A stretch of DNA of 64,000 nucleotides from Spizellomyces punctatus DAOM BR117 (Eukaryota). The notes under the pieces are model-generated. The model had not been told where the DNA came from, made no database searches, and saw nothing but the letters and a program-made list of their open reading frames with translations. The stretch is from assembly GCA_000182565.2 (NCBI GenBank), contig KQ257455.1. One strand, 5' to 3'. Positions 48,364-60,493 of the stretch are shown here, one piece after another. The translations under genes were made by a program, and so were the position numbers. The number at the start of each line of letters is the position of its first letter. Position 1 is the stretch's first letter.

Positions 48364-50742
48364 TTACCGTACCAACACTGCTCCCATCCACGCCGTTGCT
48401 ATCCCACTTAAACACAACATCCAAAATGACAGTCCCATAGATTTTGTCGACGCTGCCGAACTCGGTATGTGGAATGGATAAAACACATCATCAGGAAGTG
48501 GTTTAACCAAGCGCGGTGGAGCTGGGACAACCATTTCTGGCTGTTGTCGCACATAGACGAATGACACTGCCGATGAAATCCGGAATGGCTGGGTGGCACT
48601 TCCCAGTGAGAGACAGTCTGATGGGTTTATGCAGCGGTAGGTGAAACTGCCTGTTGTATAGCGATACCGGGCGCCGATGATACTGGGTTGCGGAGAAGTG
48701 GTTGTGCCTGTATCTGCTACGAGGAAGTCGATGAAAATGCTTGTGAGGAGGTTGCTGCAAGTTACCCCGCCAACCGTTTGGGCCACCTTTGAGGTTTGAC
48801 ATTGTTAGAAGGAGTACCTTGCCCATAACCGTACAGAGCAAAGCATACCAAACTCGCCACAGTTGGCAGGGTCCCAAGGACTTCGATCCAGTCCCCCAAA
48901 ACTGACCCATCGGCGTCCCCCATCCTCCCAACATGCGTGACAGTCCGCAATGTCTCTAACTGCAAATTCTGAATTTGAGTACCAAGAGCCGCACATCCTG
49001 TTGTCAGATCCAGGAGATTAAGATGCAACGTGCATCCACTGGATACGTCTGTGCCAAACGTTACGGGAACACGACTTGTTGCGTCCGTAGGTGTTCCGCA
49101 ACTTATTAGATTTGAAGAGGCCGAATATATGTCTTTTGCAAGAGTCAAATGGGGACCTGCAGTTACTGTGTTGGAGTGGTTAAGGATAACATGTAAGGGC
49201 TTGGCAAAAAAAAAAAAAAAAAAAAAAAAATGATGCAAAACACAGAAATCGTAATGAAGGATATGAGGTGCCGGATAGCGTGCCAGTTAGCACTGGCTTC
49301 CCTACAATGTAACCCGGATTTCCTGACCGCGCGACTGGAGGTGTTGTAGCAGAGGTGGGCTATCCAATACGAAGCTAATTAGAAATTGCAGAAATATCGA
49401 CAGGTTGCGTGGAAGGTCGGACGTACCGTACTGAATGTGACGGCGAATCGTTGGAGTGCGCTCGTCTGATTCGCATCAATCGTGCCAATCATGATCTTCG
49501 CGCCAACTGTTCTAATCACGGCGCTCCCAGCAACTTCGTATACGACGTTGTATTGTACCTACACATTGATGTCAGCTCTAATTTTTCGATAGTGTACACC
49601 CGCAAGACTGCACCTCTGTAACTCCGTTCAAGCATAAACCGCTGCTGTATGACGGAACGAGCGTGCAAGCTACCGATGCGCTGGTTGATGCGTCGTAGCA
49701 CTGGGGTGTGATTGGTACTGTTGTTCCCGGGTTCGCTGGATCCTATTTAATAGTGATGGGTACATAGAACGACTGTCCGTAATATAAACGTCACCTACCG
49801 TGATGACGGTGTAGCGAGTGTAATAAGCTGCATCGAAGGGTGTTGCAGCTGAACACTGTGTAATTCCCATTGGTCGAGCACACGTCGTTGATTGCGCAAC
49901 GAGAAATTCTATGATGTTTGGTCAGACTGCGATCGGGATCCAATGCAGAGAAGAACCAGAAAGACTGACTAGCTGAATTGGCATCATCACAAAAATCATT
50001 CACTAACGCCGATGGCATTGGCATGGGTGCGTTCAAGATGGGCGATCCACCGTACCGTACTTGAATGGAATCTCCGTACTTTTTACAAAGAGAGATTAGT
50101 CGTGTCGTGGATTAATACTGCATGTCGACCACCTTACCTTGTACGGGGTTGTTGACAATGCATTCTCTGCGTCGGTTGATGTCTGCTGATACGTAAATGG
50201 AACACGCTGAAATATTTCTTGGAATGCAGCTGTATTGGTGTATGTCTGCGGATTTGGGTACGAGAACCCTTCGACGGGACCTGAATAGCATCAGCCAGAT
50301 GCCTTGATTAATATCTCCTCTCCGCATGATCAAACCATTGCCGGTACCGACTATTATCTATGGCAATGCATAAAGCTCCCGAATCAGATCTGTCCACCAG
50401 CTGCGAAGGATCATTCACCGCCACCAGAAACTGGGAACAAAAAGGCTCAGCGGCGGCTCCTGCTTCTGCTATTGCACCAGTCTCAGGTAGACATCCCCCG
50501 ACAAAGTAGGCATCACGGTCGGCGGTGGTGCAGTCAGGATCGCAGCAACAATTGGGATCGCATAGGTTTGCGGTTTGATCACATATGCAACTCTCTGGAT
50601 GCGTTAATCACATTTAGCTTTGTATCTTGCGTATGCGTATTTCACCAGTATGGGATTTAGTACCTTGTGCTGCAATGACATTAAATCTTATCAACCAGCC
50701 AAGCAGGTAAATTAAACTGCTTCGACTAGGCCGTAATCGCAT
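48364..50742 (-). CDS. TCTN: Tectonic-family ciliary transition-zone protein
   Basis: Signal peptide (MRLRPSRSSLIYLLGWLIRFNVIAAQ), CICDQTANLCDPNCCCDPDC, RSGNPGYIVGKPV, VTFGTDVSSGC, LPDDVFYPF, hydrophobic C-terminus. Confidence 0.92.
49206..49230. repeat. A25 homopolymer (T25 polypyrimidine tract in a tectonic intron)
   Basis: 25 consecutive A on +, immediately upstream of a CAAG acceptor on the coding strand. Confidence 0.85.
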
Positions 50743-51314
50743 GGACGTATGTGCCCCCGTCATGACCGCAAGTTATAAGTTTGCAACGTTGAAGGTCGAG
50801 GACAAAAAGTTAACGCGGTGGATAACGCGTACGCTGCGCCACAGGACGCGTAAGCGATCTGCGAGTTTTGTCCAGAGAATGTCGACGGTGCCTGCGTCCA
50901 AAAGGCAGTGCGCACGGCCCTCAAGTGAGGTTTATTCACAGTTTAGCATGCTTTTATTCAAGATCTGAGAATGAATGTCCATTCTGAAAAGTCCAAAAGA
51001 CCTTGGCTAGAAACGAGGTTTCGTTCGCCAGGATGCCTAACGAACAGTCGACCAGAATGAACAAAAGCTTCTCAGTAAGCACATCTTCTCTGCTTGTTTG
51101 TTCGCTACCGCTCTTGAAAAGAAAGAGCCTTTCGTCAGAGTTCGCCAAGCCCATCACTAACGAGCGCTCAAACTACTCCCCGCCCCCCCCCCCCCAACCA
51201 GAAACCACGTGATTCAACAAGGGCTTAGCTTCGACCGCGGCTTGTTCGTCAAATCGTTCAAAGGCCCAAAGTTACTCTCTCCCAAGTAAAACTTCCTCCA
51301 CGCACGACGGACGA

Positions 51315-52160
51315 ATGACCTCAACTTCTGCGGCATTCTGGTTTCCAGTACTATACGCTGTGGCGATAGGAGCCTTGTTCGCTGCCTTCATCAAATGGAA
51401 TCGGGTAAAGCAAAAGGCTGCTGACCAAGGTACGATAGTAGGAAGATCCACCGTTATCCGGCATCATAGCTACTACCATGCTAAAGAGAATAAATTGTAG
51501 ATGCTCAGTGGGACGGATACTTTCCAGAAAACACAGAAAAGATCATATATAATGAACTCGCTGAAATGCATTCTCCTGAAGATCCCGCCGGTTACAAGCT
51601 CTTGACAACCTCTCTAATGAAACGAGCTCTCACGGACGTGAGGCGCATTTTAAAGATCCGAGAAGAGAAGCCTCCGCTTCAGCAGATGGTTCGTTCGGGT
51701 TTGATGGGAGAAGATTTGTTGGAAAAGCTGTTGAGGGCGGAGGCAGAGCTGGACGCCGAAGTTCAAGAGGTTGGTGAATGCGCCGCGTTTTGGTGCCTTC
51801 ATCTGTACTTAGAGTCTCTTTTTTCAGGTCATGGAAGATGCAGAGCTATATAAACCAGGATGGAGCAAGACCATTTTCCAAGAAGCCACACAACTGGTCC
51901 AGATTCAGATGCAACGAGAACAAGCCTTAGAGGCCCAAAGGCTGGCGCAGGAACAGAGTCTTCGTGATGCAGGGATACCCGAAGATGAAACTGCAGAGAC
52001 ACCAGAAGACGATGGGTCGCCAAAAGAAACGGATGAGGAGCGCAGACAACGTATTGCAGATGAATTACTGCGGGAGGAAGAGGCAGAGAAGAAGAAGGCT
52101 GCCAAAGGTGCAAAAGGTGGAACGCCAAGAGGCAGCAAGACGAAGCGGAAGTCTAAATAA
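51315..52160 (+). CDS. SEC66: Sec66/Sec71 translocon subunit
   Basis: N-terminal TM segment, YFPENTEKIIY, SLMKRALTDVRRILKIREEKPPL..MVRSGLMGEDL, EVMEDAELYKPGWSKTIFQEA. Confidence 0.9.
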
Positions 52161-52353
52161 TGTCATATTGTGAATATAGAGTTGAGAGGAGTCCTATTAC
52201 CCGCCAAGAAGGGGATTTTCGTTTCTATGTTACAAGCATTGGGACAGAATGCGTGGGGCGTCGAGGAAAGACACCGACGTCAGCACGTAGAATGTGCTCT
52301 TTGTAATATATGGCCAAGCGGTGCAATCATACTCATCGGCCTCGTTGCTGCTG

Positions 52354-53414
52354 TCATGCACCACGTCTTCCTGATCCGTGTTCATTCCGGTTCGACTGGC
52401 TGTGGGGTACTGTTTCGCTTGTTGATAACATGAGCTTCTTGGCTAGTGTCTTCTTTTGAGCATGGGCTATAATGAGCTTATCGCGCATATCCCCGATGCG
52501 CTTCACATACTCGTTGCTGCAACTGACGAGCTCCTACAAATTCCAGGAATTATAATCCTAGCCTACCCAGCGAACGTTTGAACACGGCATCGTTGACTTT
52601 ACCTGAACGCTATCTCTGAGAGTATTCAGCACATCCTGCGGCACAGTGCCTTCCAGATCAATATCTTGATACAACGGATCATCCTGTTGTATCATCTGAG
52701 CGAAACGTGCAATCGTTTTGTTGAAATCCTGCTCTTTTTCAACCATGTTCATTGCGGTCTGTGAGAGTACTTTAAGGTGGCGGTTCCGAAGTGTGTGGAG
52801 GACTGATGATACACGGGCGGCGTCTGTTGGGGTGTCGGGAAGTGACCAGATCTCTGTGTATTGATGAGCAGGCGGCGTAAGGACCAATGTTTCCAATGAA
52901 TTGACCATTCGACCTTCGTACAAAAACTAACCGTCAATATTGATTCCTGCATATGGATCGTCTTCGTCCTTTCTTCGTCTTCCTTTTCGCATGATTGCCC
53001 TTCGCTTTCCGATATGCGCAAACTATGACCCAGCATCCAACATAAGAAACTTGTAATCACACTAGTAGCAAATGCGACTCGCACCTCATAGTCCTCATCG
53101 ATCGCATGTAGACTCCAAAGTGTGGGCTTGGTAGGCAGCACTGGTGGTTGTTCGATACTTCGCTTGAGCTTGTTGCCGCGGTTGAAAGGGCGATAGCTTC
53201 GCGCGCCATGTAGATCAGGAGCGCCCATCGATGCGTCAGAATCATCTGTAACATGATATAATCAGAGTTAGCATCGCAAGACAAGTGCAGTAGGAGGGAA
53301 CGACGCGGCTGACAGTGGAACATTACATTGTGCAAGAATGTCGTCGGCTGAGACACCCGAGAACGATCTGAGGAGCAGGAAGGGAACAATGCATAAGTAA
53401 TATGCTCACAGCAT
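52354..53414 (-). CDS. RXT2: Rxt2-like Rpd3L histone deacetylase complex subunit
   Basis: NRGNKLKR motif, then DPYAGINI followed by EIWSLP and helical blocks as recalled for RXT2_N. Start codon uncertain. Confidence 0.72.
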
Positions 53415-53864
53415 GATAATTTGCCGCCATGTCTGTTCTCCTCCTCCAGTCCAACAAGACTTCTGGACGGACAAGGCCACATGACAAAATTCCTGCGCGC
53501 TGTTCAGCACAAACTTCACCCACGTTTGCAACGGCTCTTCCTTCATTCTGAACGCTATTCCAGTGCCAGTTTGGTTCTCTACGCGCAGTTAATCCTCCAA
53601 TGTGACTGCCTCTCTGGTTCGGCCGCTGCTTTCCTTTTGCCGTGCTTTTCTGATTTGCTGATTTGCTTTCAACTTTGTGATTGGAAACCCGTTCAAAAAC
53701 GAGAGCGGAAATCCCATAAACCTCTCGTTCCATCACGTGCCCAAGCTTGTCAAATTACGCAATCTGTTCAAGGTCCGCATTGCTCGTCGTTTTTGTTGGC
53801 GGAATTTCCTGCGATTGCAGCGACGGCCGGCTTCCGCAAAGCGTTGCCCTCTACAGCGCTTCTA

Positions 53865-55868
53865 ATGGCCGACAATCTCACGGCATTTTCCTGGCTTTCG
53901 CTCATAGTATTTGCCATCGTTATTTTCTTTTGCATTCATCCCTTGCGAGTTCCAATACCATTCACACATGGCCGGTTCGGCGTCTCCCATATTTGGCTGG
54001 ATATAGCCACCGCCCCGATCGTTGGAATATTGGTACTGCTAGCAACCACGAGTATCAATGGCCTTGTGCTTCGTGACGGGATTGTGGGTTCCGAGCACGG
54101 CATCCAACCCTATTCTGTAGTTTTACTCATATTCGCGCTAGGTGATTACAATATTGGTTCGACTTGAAATTGGCATGGCAAGCTGATGGCGTTTTACTCT
54201 TTGTCTTGTAGCGTACATATGTATCTCTATCGATGTAACTGGCTTTTTCGAATATGTGGCATTCCAGGTTACCAAGCGTGGGGGCTCATCGGGACATCGA
54301 TTGTTCCTCTATTTATTTCTTCTCAGTACTATCATGACCATTTTCACTTCGAATGACGTTGTCGTCTTGACTATTACCCCAATAGTGTGTTATTTGACAC
54401 AGGAGACAAAAGTAAGTGTCTGATTAACGGCGTCGTTGACACTTCACCAATTTCAACTATCTGGGTTGTCATTCTCTCCACACAGACGGATCCAAAGGCT
54501 TATTTGGTGTCTACCTTTATCGTTTGCAATATAGCGTCTCTAGCATTATACATTGGCAACCCAACGAACATCATTGTGGCGCAAGCATTCCGCATCAATT
54601 TTATTCAGTACTCTGCGTGGATGGGTCTCCCAACATTGTTAGCTGTCGGTCTCGCCTATCTTATGTGTTTCGTAGTTCTGCGCTCGCATATTCCCGTAAA
54701 TATTCCCTCTCCGCCACCGGAGGCCGAAGAGCGTTATCAAATTCGAGACAGATGGGGAGCATTTATCGGCTGTGCAGTACTCTTGGCTTGTCTACTTGGT
54801 TTGATGATTGTACCCATCTTCGCGGATGTACCAGTGTGGATGTTGACTTTGCCCTTTGGGGCGATCATGATTGGGAAAGATATGATTATGGACCTTACCA
54901 GAAACTGCCGGCCGCAAAAGACGGAGCACGAAAATATTGAATTGGGGAGCGGAGGAACGTCAGAAGTCAGAATGTTGCGGAGAGAGTCTTCCAATGAGCA
55001 GAATGTATCCCTGTCGTCTGAATCCGTGGAAAACAAAGAATGTCTAATTGAAAGCAAAGATGCTAGTGCGGAAGACAACATTTCAGTGGAGATGAATGGA
55101 ACACATTCGGGACCAACGAATTCGGTACGCACGGAGCGTAACAGCGTCGCCTCCGCATCCTCTCGTGTCCCAGCGCCATCAAGGTCACGCCTCGGATCTA
55201 GACAGGGGTCTTCGTTGGCGGAAGTGGAATCCTGTGATGGTTCGGATCTGTTAGTCGAGGAGACCCGAAAGAAGTCATCGATTGTCAGCCGAATGAGCGC
55301 GTGGAGTAACGCTCTACCGACTGTATATCACGTAACCGTAAGGCTCCCGTGGAAATTGATACCATTTGCACTGGGGATGTTTATTCTTTGTGAATCTCTC
55401 GCAGCGAATGGATGGACTTCTCTCTTGGCGAAAGGGATGGCACATCTAAGCGTTGGTGGTCATATGATTCCTATGGTGTTCTTTACGGGCCTTGTCACCA
55501 CCGTCGCTTGCAGCGTGCTGAATAATCTTCCCATGACGATTCTCTTTGCGCGAGTATTCTCTCATCCGGACTTTGATGCGACGATGCTCTCTATTATAGG
55601 CTCATCAGAAGCAGACTCGGCAAGAGTCGTGTACGCTTTGCGAAGAGGAGGCATGTTTGCGTTAATAATCGGCTCGAATTTCGGGGGAAATCTAACATAC
55701 CTCGGTGCGCTGGCTGGCCTAATGTGGGATGACCTGCTGCGGAAACGAGGAATGGGAATAAAGCAGACGCAGTTCTTCATTTGGTGCATTATCATTATGC
55801 CCGTTGTGCTCTTCGGAGCATTAGCTGTCTTGGTCGCAGAGTTTGCAGTGGAGGGATATTATATGTAG
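53865..55868 (+). CDS. ArsB/NhaD-family membrane permease (arsenical pump-like)
   Basis: IQPYSVVLLIFALAYICISIDVTGFF, TSNDVVVLTITP, LYIGNPTNIIV, LPWKLIPFALGMFIL, NNLPMTIL, GSNFGGNLTYLGALAGLMW. Confidence 0.88.
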
Positions 55869-57561
55869 AAGATCACCGACGCAGAGGTCCACGTATTGAC
55901 TCTAAGAGCGATTCATAGATGTATTGTACATTATGTCCTTTTCTTCCTATTTATATGAATTACATGCTTCATTGTCGAATGACAGAGAGCCAAAGAGCTT
56001 TAGAGTATACCAGCTGGATGTGAGAAGCGCGGCATTCATGCGAAAGAGCATGTGCGGGAGATGCAGGAAACAGTATCCAAAGACGATTTCCAAAGGACAT
56101 GGACAAAAGGAAAAAAATATTCTACGGAATAGTGGACTGCATTTATTACTTATGTGCTGACTCGTCATGACACCGAAGCTTCCAGGATTAAGCTAAAAAG
56201 CATCTCATTTGATCCATGCGTCATCTTTTAAGTTCCATATCTTTTGGGACACATACATACATATGAACCGGCAAAGCATAATGGATCGTCGTCAAGCCAT
56301 TCAACTGAATTTGACTCCAGAGGAGCAGCAAGACGTAATGGCGAGGAAACATAGGATATATAGCCGGCAAAGCCTGTATTTCTCATATTGCAATTTGACA
56401 GGCAGCCATGCAGTCAGCTTTGCAGCAAGTTACGATAAGGCGGATGCGGGCAGAGTTCCCGCTGCTGCGTCAAGACAGGATGGAGGATTATCTCGAATCG
56501 GTGGGTTGGGACGTTGAACGTGCTAGGGTAAAGCTAAAGAATCGAACGCTTCGTTGCATATAAGATTAAGCGAATCAAAACATATAGGTACGATCTCGAA
56601 GAGGGACTCGCATTGTCGAAGATTGGCTCCGTTTATAAGCTTATCGTCCGAGGGAGGGGTGAGTTTGCGTAATGAGGATGTTTTTTAACACATATTGTGT
56701 GCTTATCATTTCTCTCAAGGATGAGGTAGAGACAAGGCGGGAGCGGTAGGGTCGGGAGGTAGGGGCCGCTCCATCGGGAGCTGGGGGTTGGGATAAGTGC
56801 ATATTTGCTTTTGGTTATTGGATGAACACACTCAAAAGTATGGTAAAGCTTACAATACAAAGACATTGCTCAAAATATTGCATTTCACTGTCGTTCTGTG
56901 CCTTGTCATCATTCTGAAGACATCTTTGGTTCAGTCTTGCACAGTCTTTTCATCTCGTCCCAGCATGCTGAATGGTATGCGCAGAATCGTTAGACCAATG
57001 AACCTCGCTATGTAGTCAAGTTCGTCCGGGTATACCTTCAGCGACAAAGAACTAAAGAACTACCAAGCGGCTGACGGCCGTACCATTACGATGTATACCT
57101 GCAAGACTTTTAATTTGGGGCCGGTAAAATCCTTATCGGAGATTGCGGAAGTGACCAAGGTACTGTTAGTGTGAAAACATGTTTTGTCACCGTGAATTTC
57201 GTTCAGATTCCAGTGAGGGACATGATAGGTTGTCACTTTCACATTTTCCAATGAAACCTTCATCCAGATCTGATTGTTTCCAACAGCAGGCCAAGTATGT
57301 TTGATGCCGCATGTAAGTATTAAATTGTGTTTAAATGCTGTGAATTGCTATAAACAGAAGCAGCCGGTTGCTCCCTATCTCCACCTTCATGGCCGAGTAT
57401 CACTGTGTTCCTATACATGTTGCCAGTAGGAAGGGCCATTAGGGACAGTGAGAGGCCCCATCCACAGGAAGCCAAGGGACGCCTAAAGCGACAGCACTTT
57501 CATTATGCATCATCCATGACTGATACAGTCCCCAGTGTTCGCAAAAGCCCTGCACTGGCAG

Positions 57562-57889
57562 TTAAGCTTGCAACAAGTCTTGACGGTATCTGCAAAAGCG
57601 CACGTACGTGTGTTAGCAACAATGCCCTTGTTTACCCATAGCCAGCGGGACGTACCAGTTCGCTTGCTTGTCTTGTTTGGACCTGTGATAGCGGCTTAAA
57701 ACTTGAGGACGGCGTGGGTGCACTTGCGGAAGACTTCGTCGGACCAGAAAATGGGAAGGTAGAGGAAAATGGACAGGCTGAGGCTTGCTGCAATGGAGAC
57801 GCGGAAGCGAACTTGGAGCTTGAAAGCCCAGCACGACGAGAGCAGGTCGCCGCTGTTCGGAGAGTTCGCGACGTGAAGGAGAAGGTCAT
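57562..57889 (-). CDS. Orphan 93-aa protein, mostly presequence-like (2 exons)
   Basis: AACATG start context. 46-nt intron 57590-57635 (GTAAAC..GCTAAC..TTGCAG). Product MTFSFTSRTLRTAATCSRR...PAGYGYRQDLLQA*. Confidence 0.55.
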
Positions 57890-57946
57890 GTTGGGGGGGA
57901 TGGAATTGGGAAATGCCCAACGTCTCGGCAGAGGTTGAGCGATCTT

Positions 57947-57960
57947 GTTGCTATGGCAAC
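57947..57960. promoter_or_regulatory. RFX X-box GTTGCTATGGCAAC
   Basis: Near-palindromic 14-mer matching the X-box consensus, in the divergent promoter of SF3B6 and the orphan gene. Confidence 0.6.
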
Positions 57961-58139
57961 ATTGGCAAGCGATGAAGTAGCGCAGTCTTTGCGAGTTTGC
58001 TGGCAACAACTTTCGAGATCAAGTTTTTGGCAAGTGAGCCTTTGCAAGCCAGTCCATCTTCCGACGTACGTTTGTCAAGCAAAGCAACCTGTTTATTGCA
58101 CCCATTACCCGCGCAATCCTCGCCTGAAAACGCATCACC

Positions 58140-58684
58140 ATGGCCTTAGCTGCGAAAGCCCGCGCTAACGGTACGTTCCAACGCTAGATTACTGGGGTTA
58201 CACTCGTTGTGCTCACTTCTGTTCCTTTCATAGTTCGTCTCCCCCCTGAAGTGAACAGGGTGCTGTTTGTGCGCAATCTTCCTTTCAAAATTACCGCTGA
58301 GGATTTATACGATTTATTTGTAAGTCGCAGCTTCTCTCTGTCGAGGAGCAAACGTATTCATTTTTGTCTTGGTAGGGAAAATATGGATCCATTCGACAAA
58401 TACGGATAGGAACCGCTACAGACACAAAAGGAACAGCATTTGTTGGTATGTGGACACTGTCTCCTAGTCGTAAGTGGCATTTTCTGATATTACATTTCCA
58501 ACCAGTTTACGACGACATATTCGACGCCAAAGCCGCCTGCGATCATCTAAGTGGATTTAACATTATGGGTCGATACTTGATTGTATTATATTACTCCACC
58601 GCGAAGGCAACGAAAAAGAAAGACCTGGACAAAAAAGAGGCGGATATAAGTGCAATGAAGCAAAAGTATGGAATGGATGAGTAG
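58140..58684 (+). CDS. SF3B6: Splicing factor 3B subunit 6 (p14)
   Basis: [68 protein letters not shown]. Confidence 0.97.
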
Positions 58685-58990
58685 AGATTACTTGTGCGGT
58701 GCTGGGAAGTGTACAGTTTCTTTTTTTTTGCAGGCAATTGTATAGATTTTATATATATATTTTCTTTTGTTGGAGGTTGGAGGCAGGTCATGGATTAGAC
58801 ATTTTGAGTGCTACTTCGTTTCTGATAACATGGAGTTGCCGTCATGTTTTCCTGCATCAGAGATTCGGGTCAGGATGACCGGACATCGAAATCTGCGTCC
58901 ACATCTTTGCGGATTTACAGGTTGTGCGATTGATACTTCTAAATGCTAACTGTATGTAGAATAAGCTTATCTATGGACATTGATTGATCT

Positions 58991-60337
58991 TCATGACCGC
59001 TGCGAGCCCCATCGCACTATCTCCTCGTATATGGTCCACGTAATTGCAGAACTGACAGTCTTCCTCAGTAACCGTGGCAACATGCCCGAAAAGAAGCCAA
59101 TCGCGCGCTCCTCCTATGCAATCCATAAGCATGTGCGAACAAGAGGTATGAGGTATCGGCAACTTTGGAAAAACCTACCCGTGCAATTTTCCGTGCGGAC
59201 TGGAACATGGTGCTATAATCAGATGGCTTCAACTGCATTCGCGTTTTCACCACGTCAAACGGATTTGTGACCACCGTCGCGGCGATACCGCTGACAATGC
59301 CAGAGCTCATATGCACCACAGGCATCAGACTTGCCGATCCTCCAGTCAACCCTTGAATTATTTGGCAATGTTAAATAACTCTAACCGAGTGATACCAAGT
59401 TGTCGCAAAAGGGTATTAGTCCCACCTCCTAGTATTTTCTTGCAGTTCTCATAAAAGAGCACGTATAATCCAGCGTAAGGAGCATCCCTCATCGCCGTCG
59501 CGCCAAAACCGCGGAACAAACCGCCGATCCCTTCTTCCTTTAGAATTGACCGTGATGCTTGCCATATTGACGTGTAATTGTAGAAATTACTCTAAATAAG
59601 GAGAGTATTAAGACGGATTCTAGCGGCGCTGGGACGTGCACAGTTTGTAGGAATGAGAATACCAAGGACTAACCTCATACCTGACTTTGATTACAGTGAT
59701 CGGCATCAGGATATACCCCACTGCCTATGCAACATCAAGGTGAGCCACTTGACTTTGGTGGCAGAACAGAGCAACTAGTCCTTACCACCCGTGCAGCTCC
59801 TCCGCTGAGAAGATTGACAGTGCTATCATTCAACATTGTCCCCTTCTCTCTTGTCCGTAAGCTCCGTAATCCATGCCGCATCTTGTCCAGGGTAACGAAA
59901 TAAAGAGCACTTCCGGGTACATTGCGAATAACTGTTGGCCATGTGCCTCTCCATAGTCCCCATACAGAGTCCTTTCGTATCACATCCCGTGCCGTCGACC
60001 ATAGGGTTAGGTCTTTGAAAATTGTGCCATCGTGAAGCTTTGTAAGGGCCGCATTCGAAATGAGCGTACGTCGGTGGTGAAGCTCTTGTTGCAGTCTCTA
60101 TAGCAGCATCATTTGAGAGGTTAAAATGGTACTTCCAGGAGTCACATCTCGACCAAATATCCAGATACGAACAGTTTTCACCTACCAGTAAACAAGTTAG
60201 TTTAGCGAGGTGCAAACTTTCAACGAAACTGTTTTCATTACCAGGTCTAATGGCTGCAACAGCACGCAAGCAGCTAGCCCCGATACTGCCCCGCCCAGCA
60301 GATGAAGATGTGGTTCAACTTGTTTCTTCTTTGTCAT
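58991..60337 (-). CDS. HEM25: Mitochondrial carrier SLC25A38/Hem25
   Basis: [75 protein letters not shown]. Confidence 0.93.
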
Positions 60338-60493
60338 TAAGTTTTGCAAATGGCCCTCTGCTTTGTCGGATTCTTTTTGGAGTCATCAGCGATCGGGGCT
60401 GCGCCACGCTCATCTCGCGTCGGAAGCAGCGCTGTGGACTTTACAGATCCATCATCCCATTGGCACCTCCAGCAGCAGATTAAAGTGCAGAGT

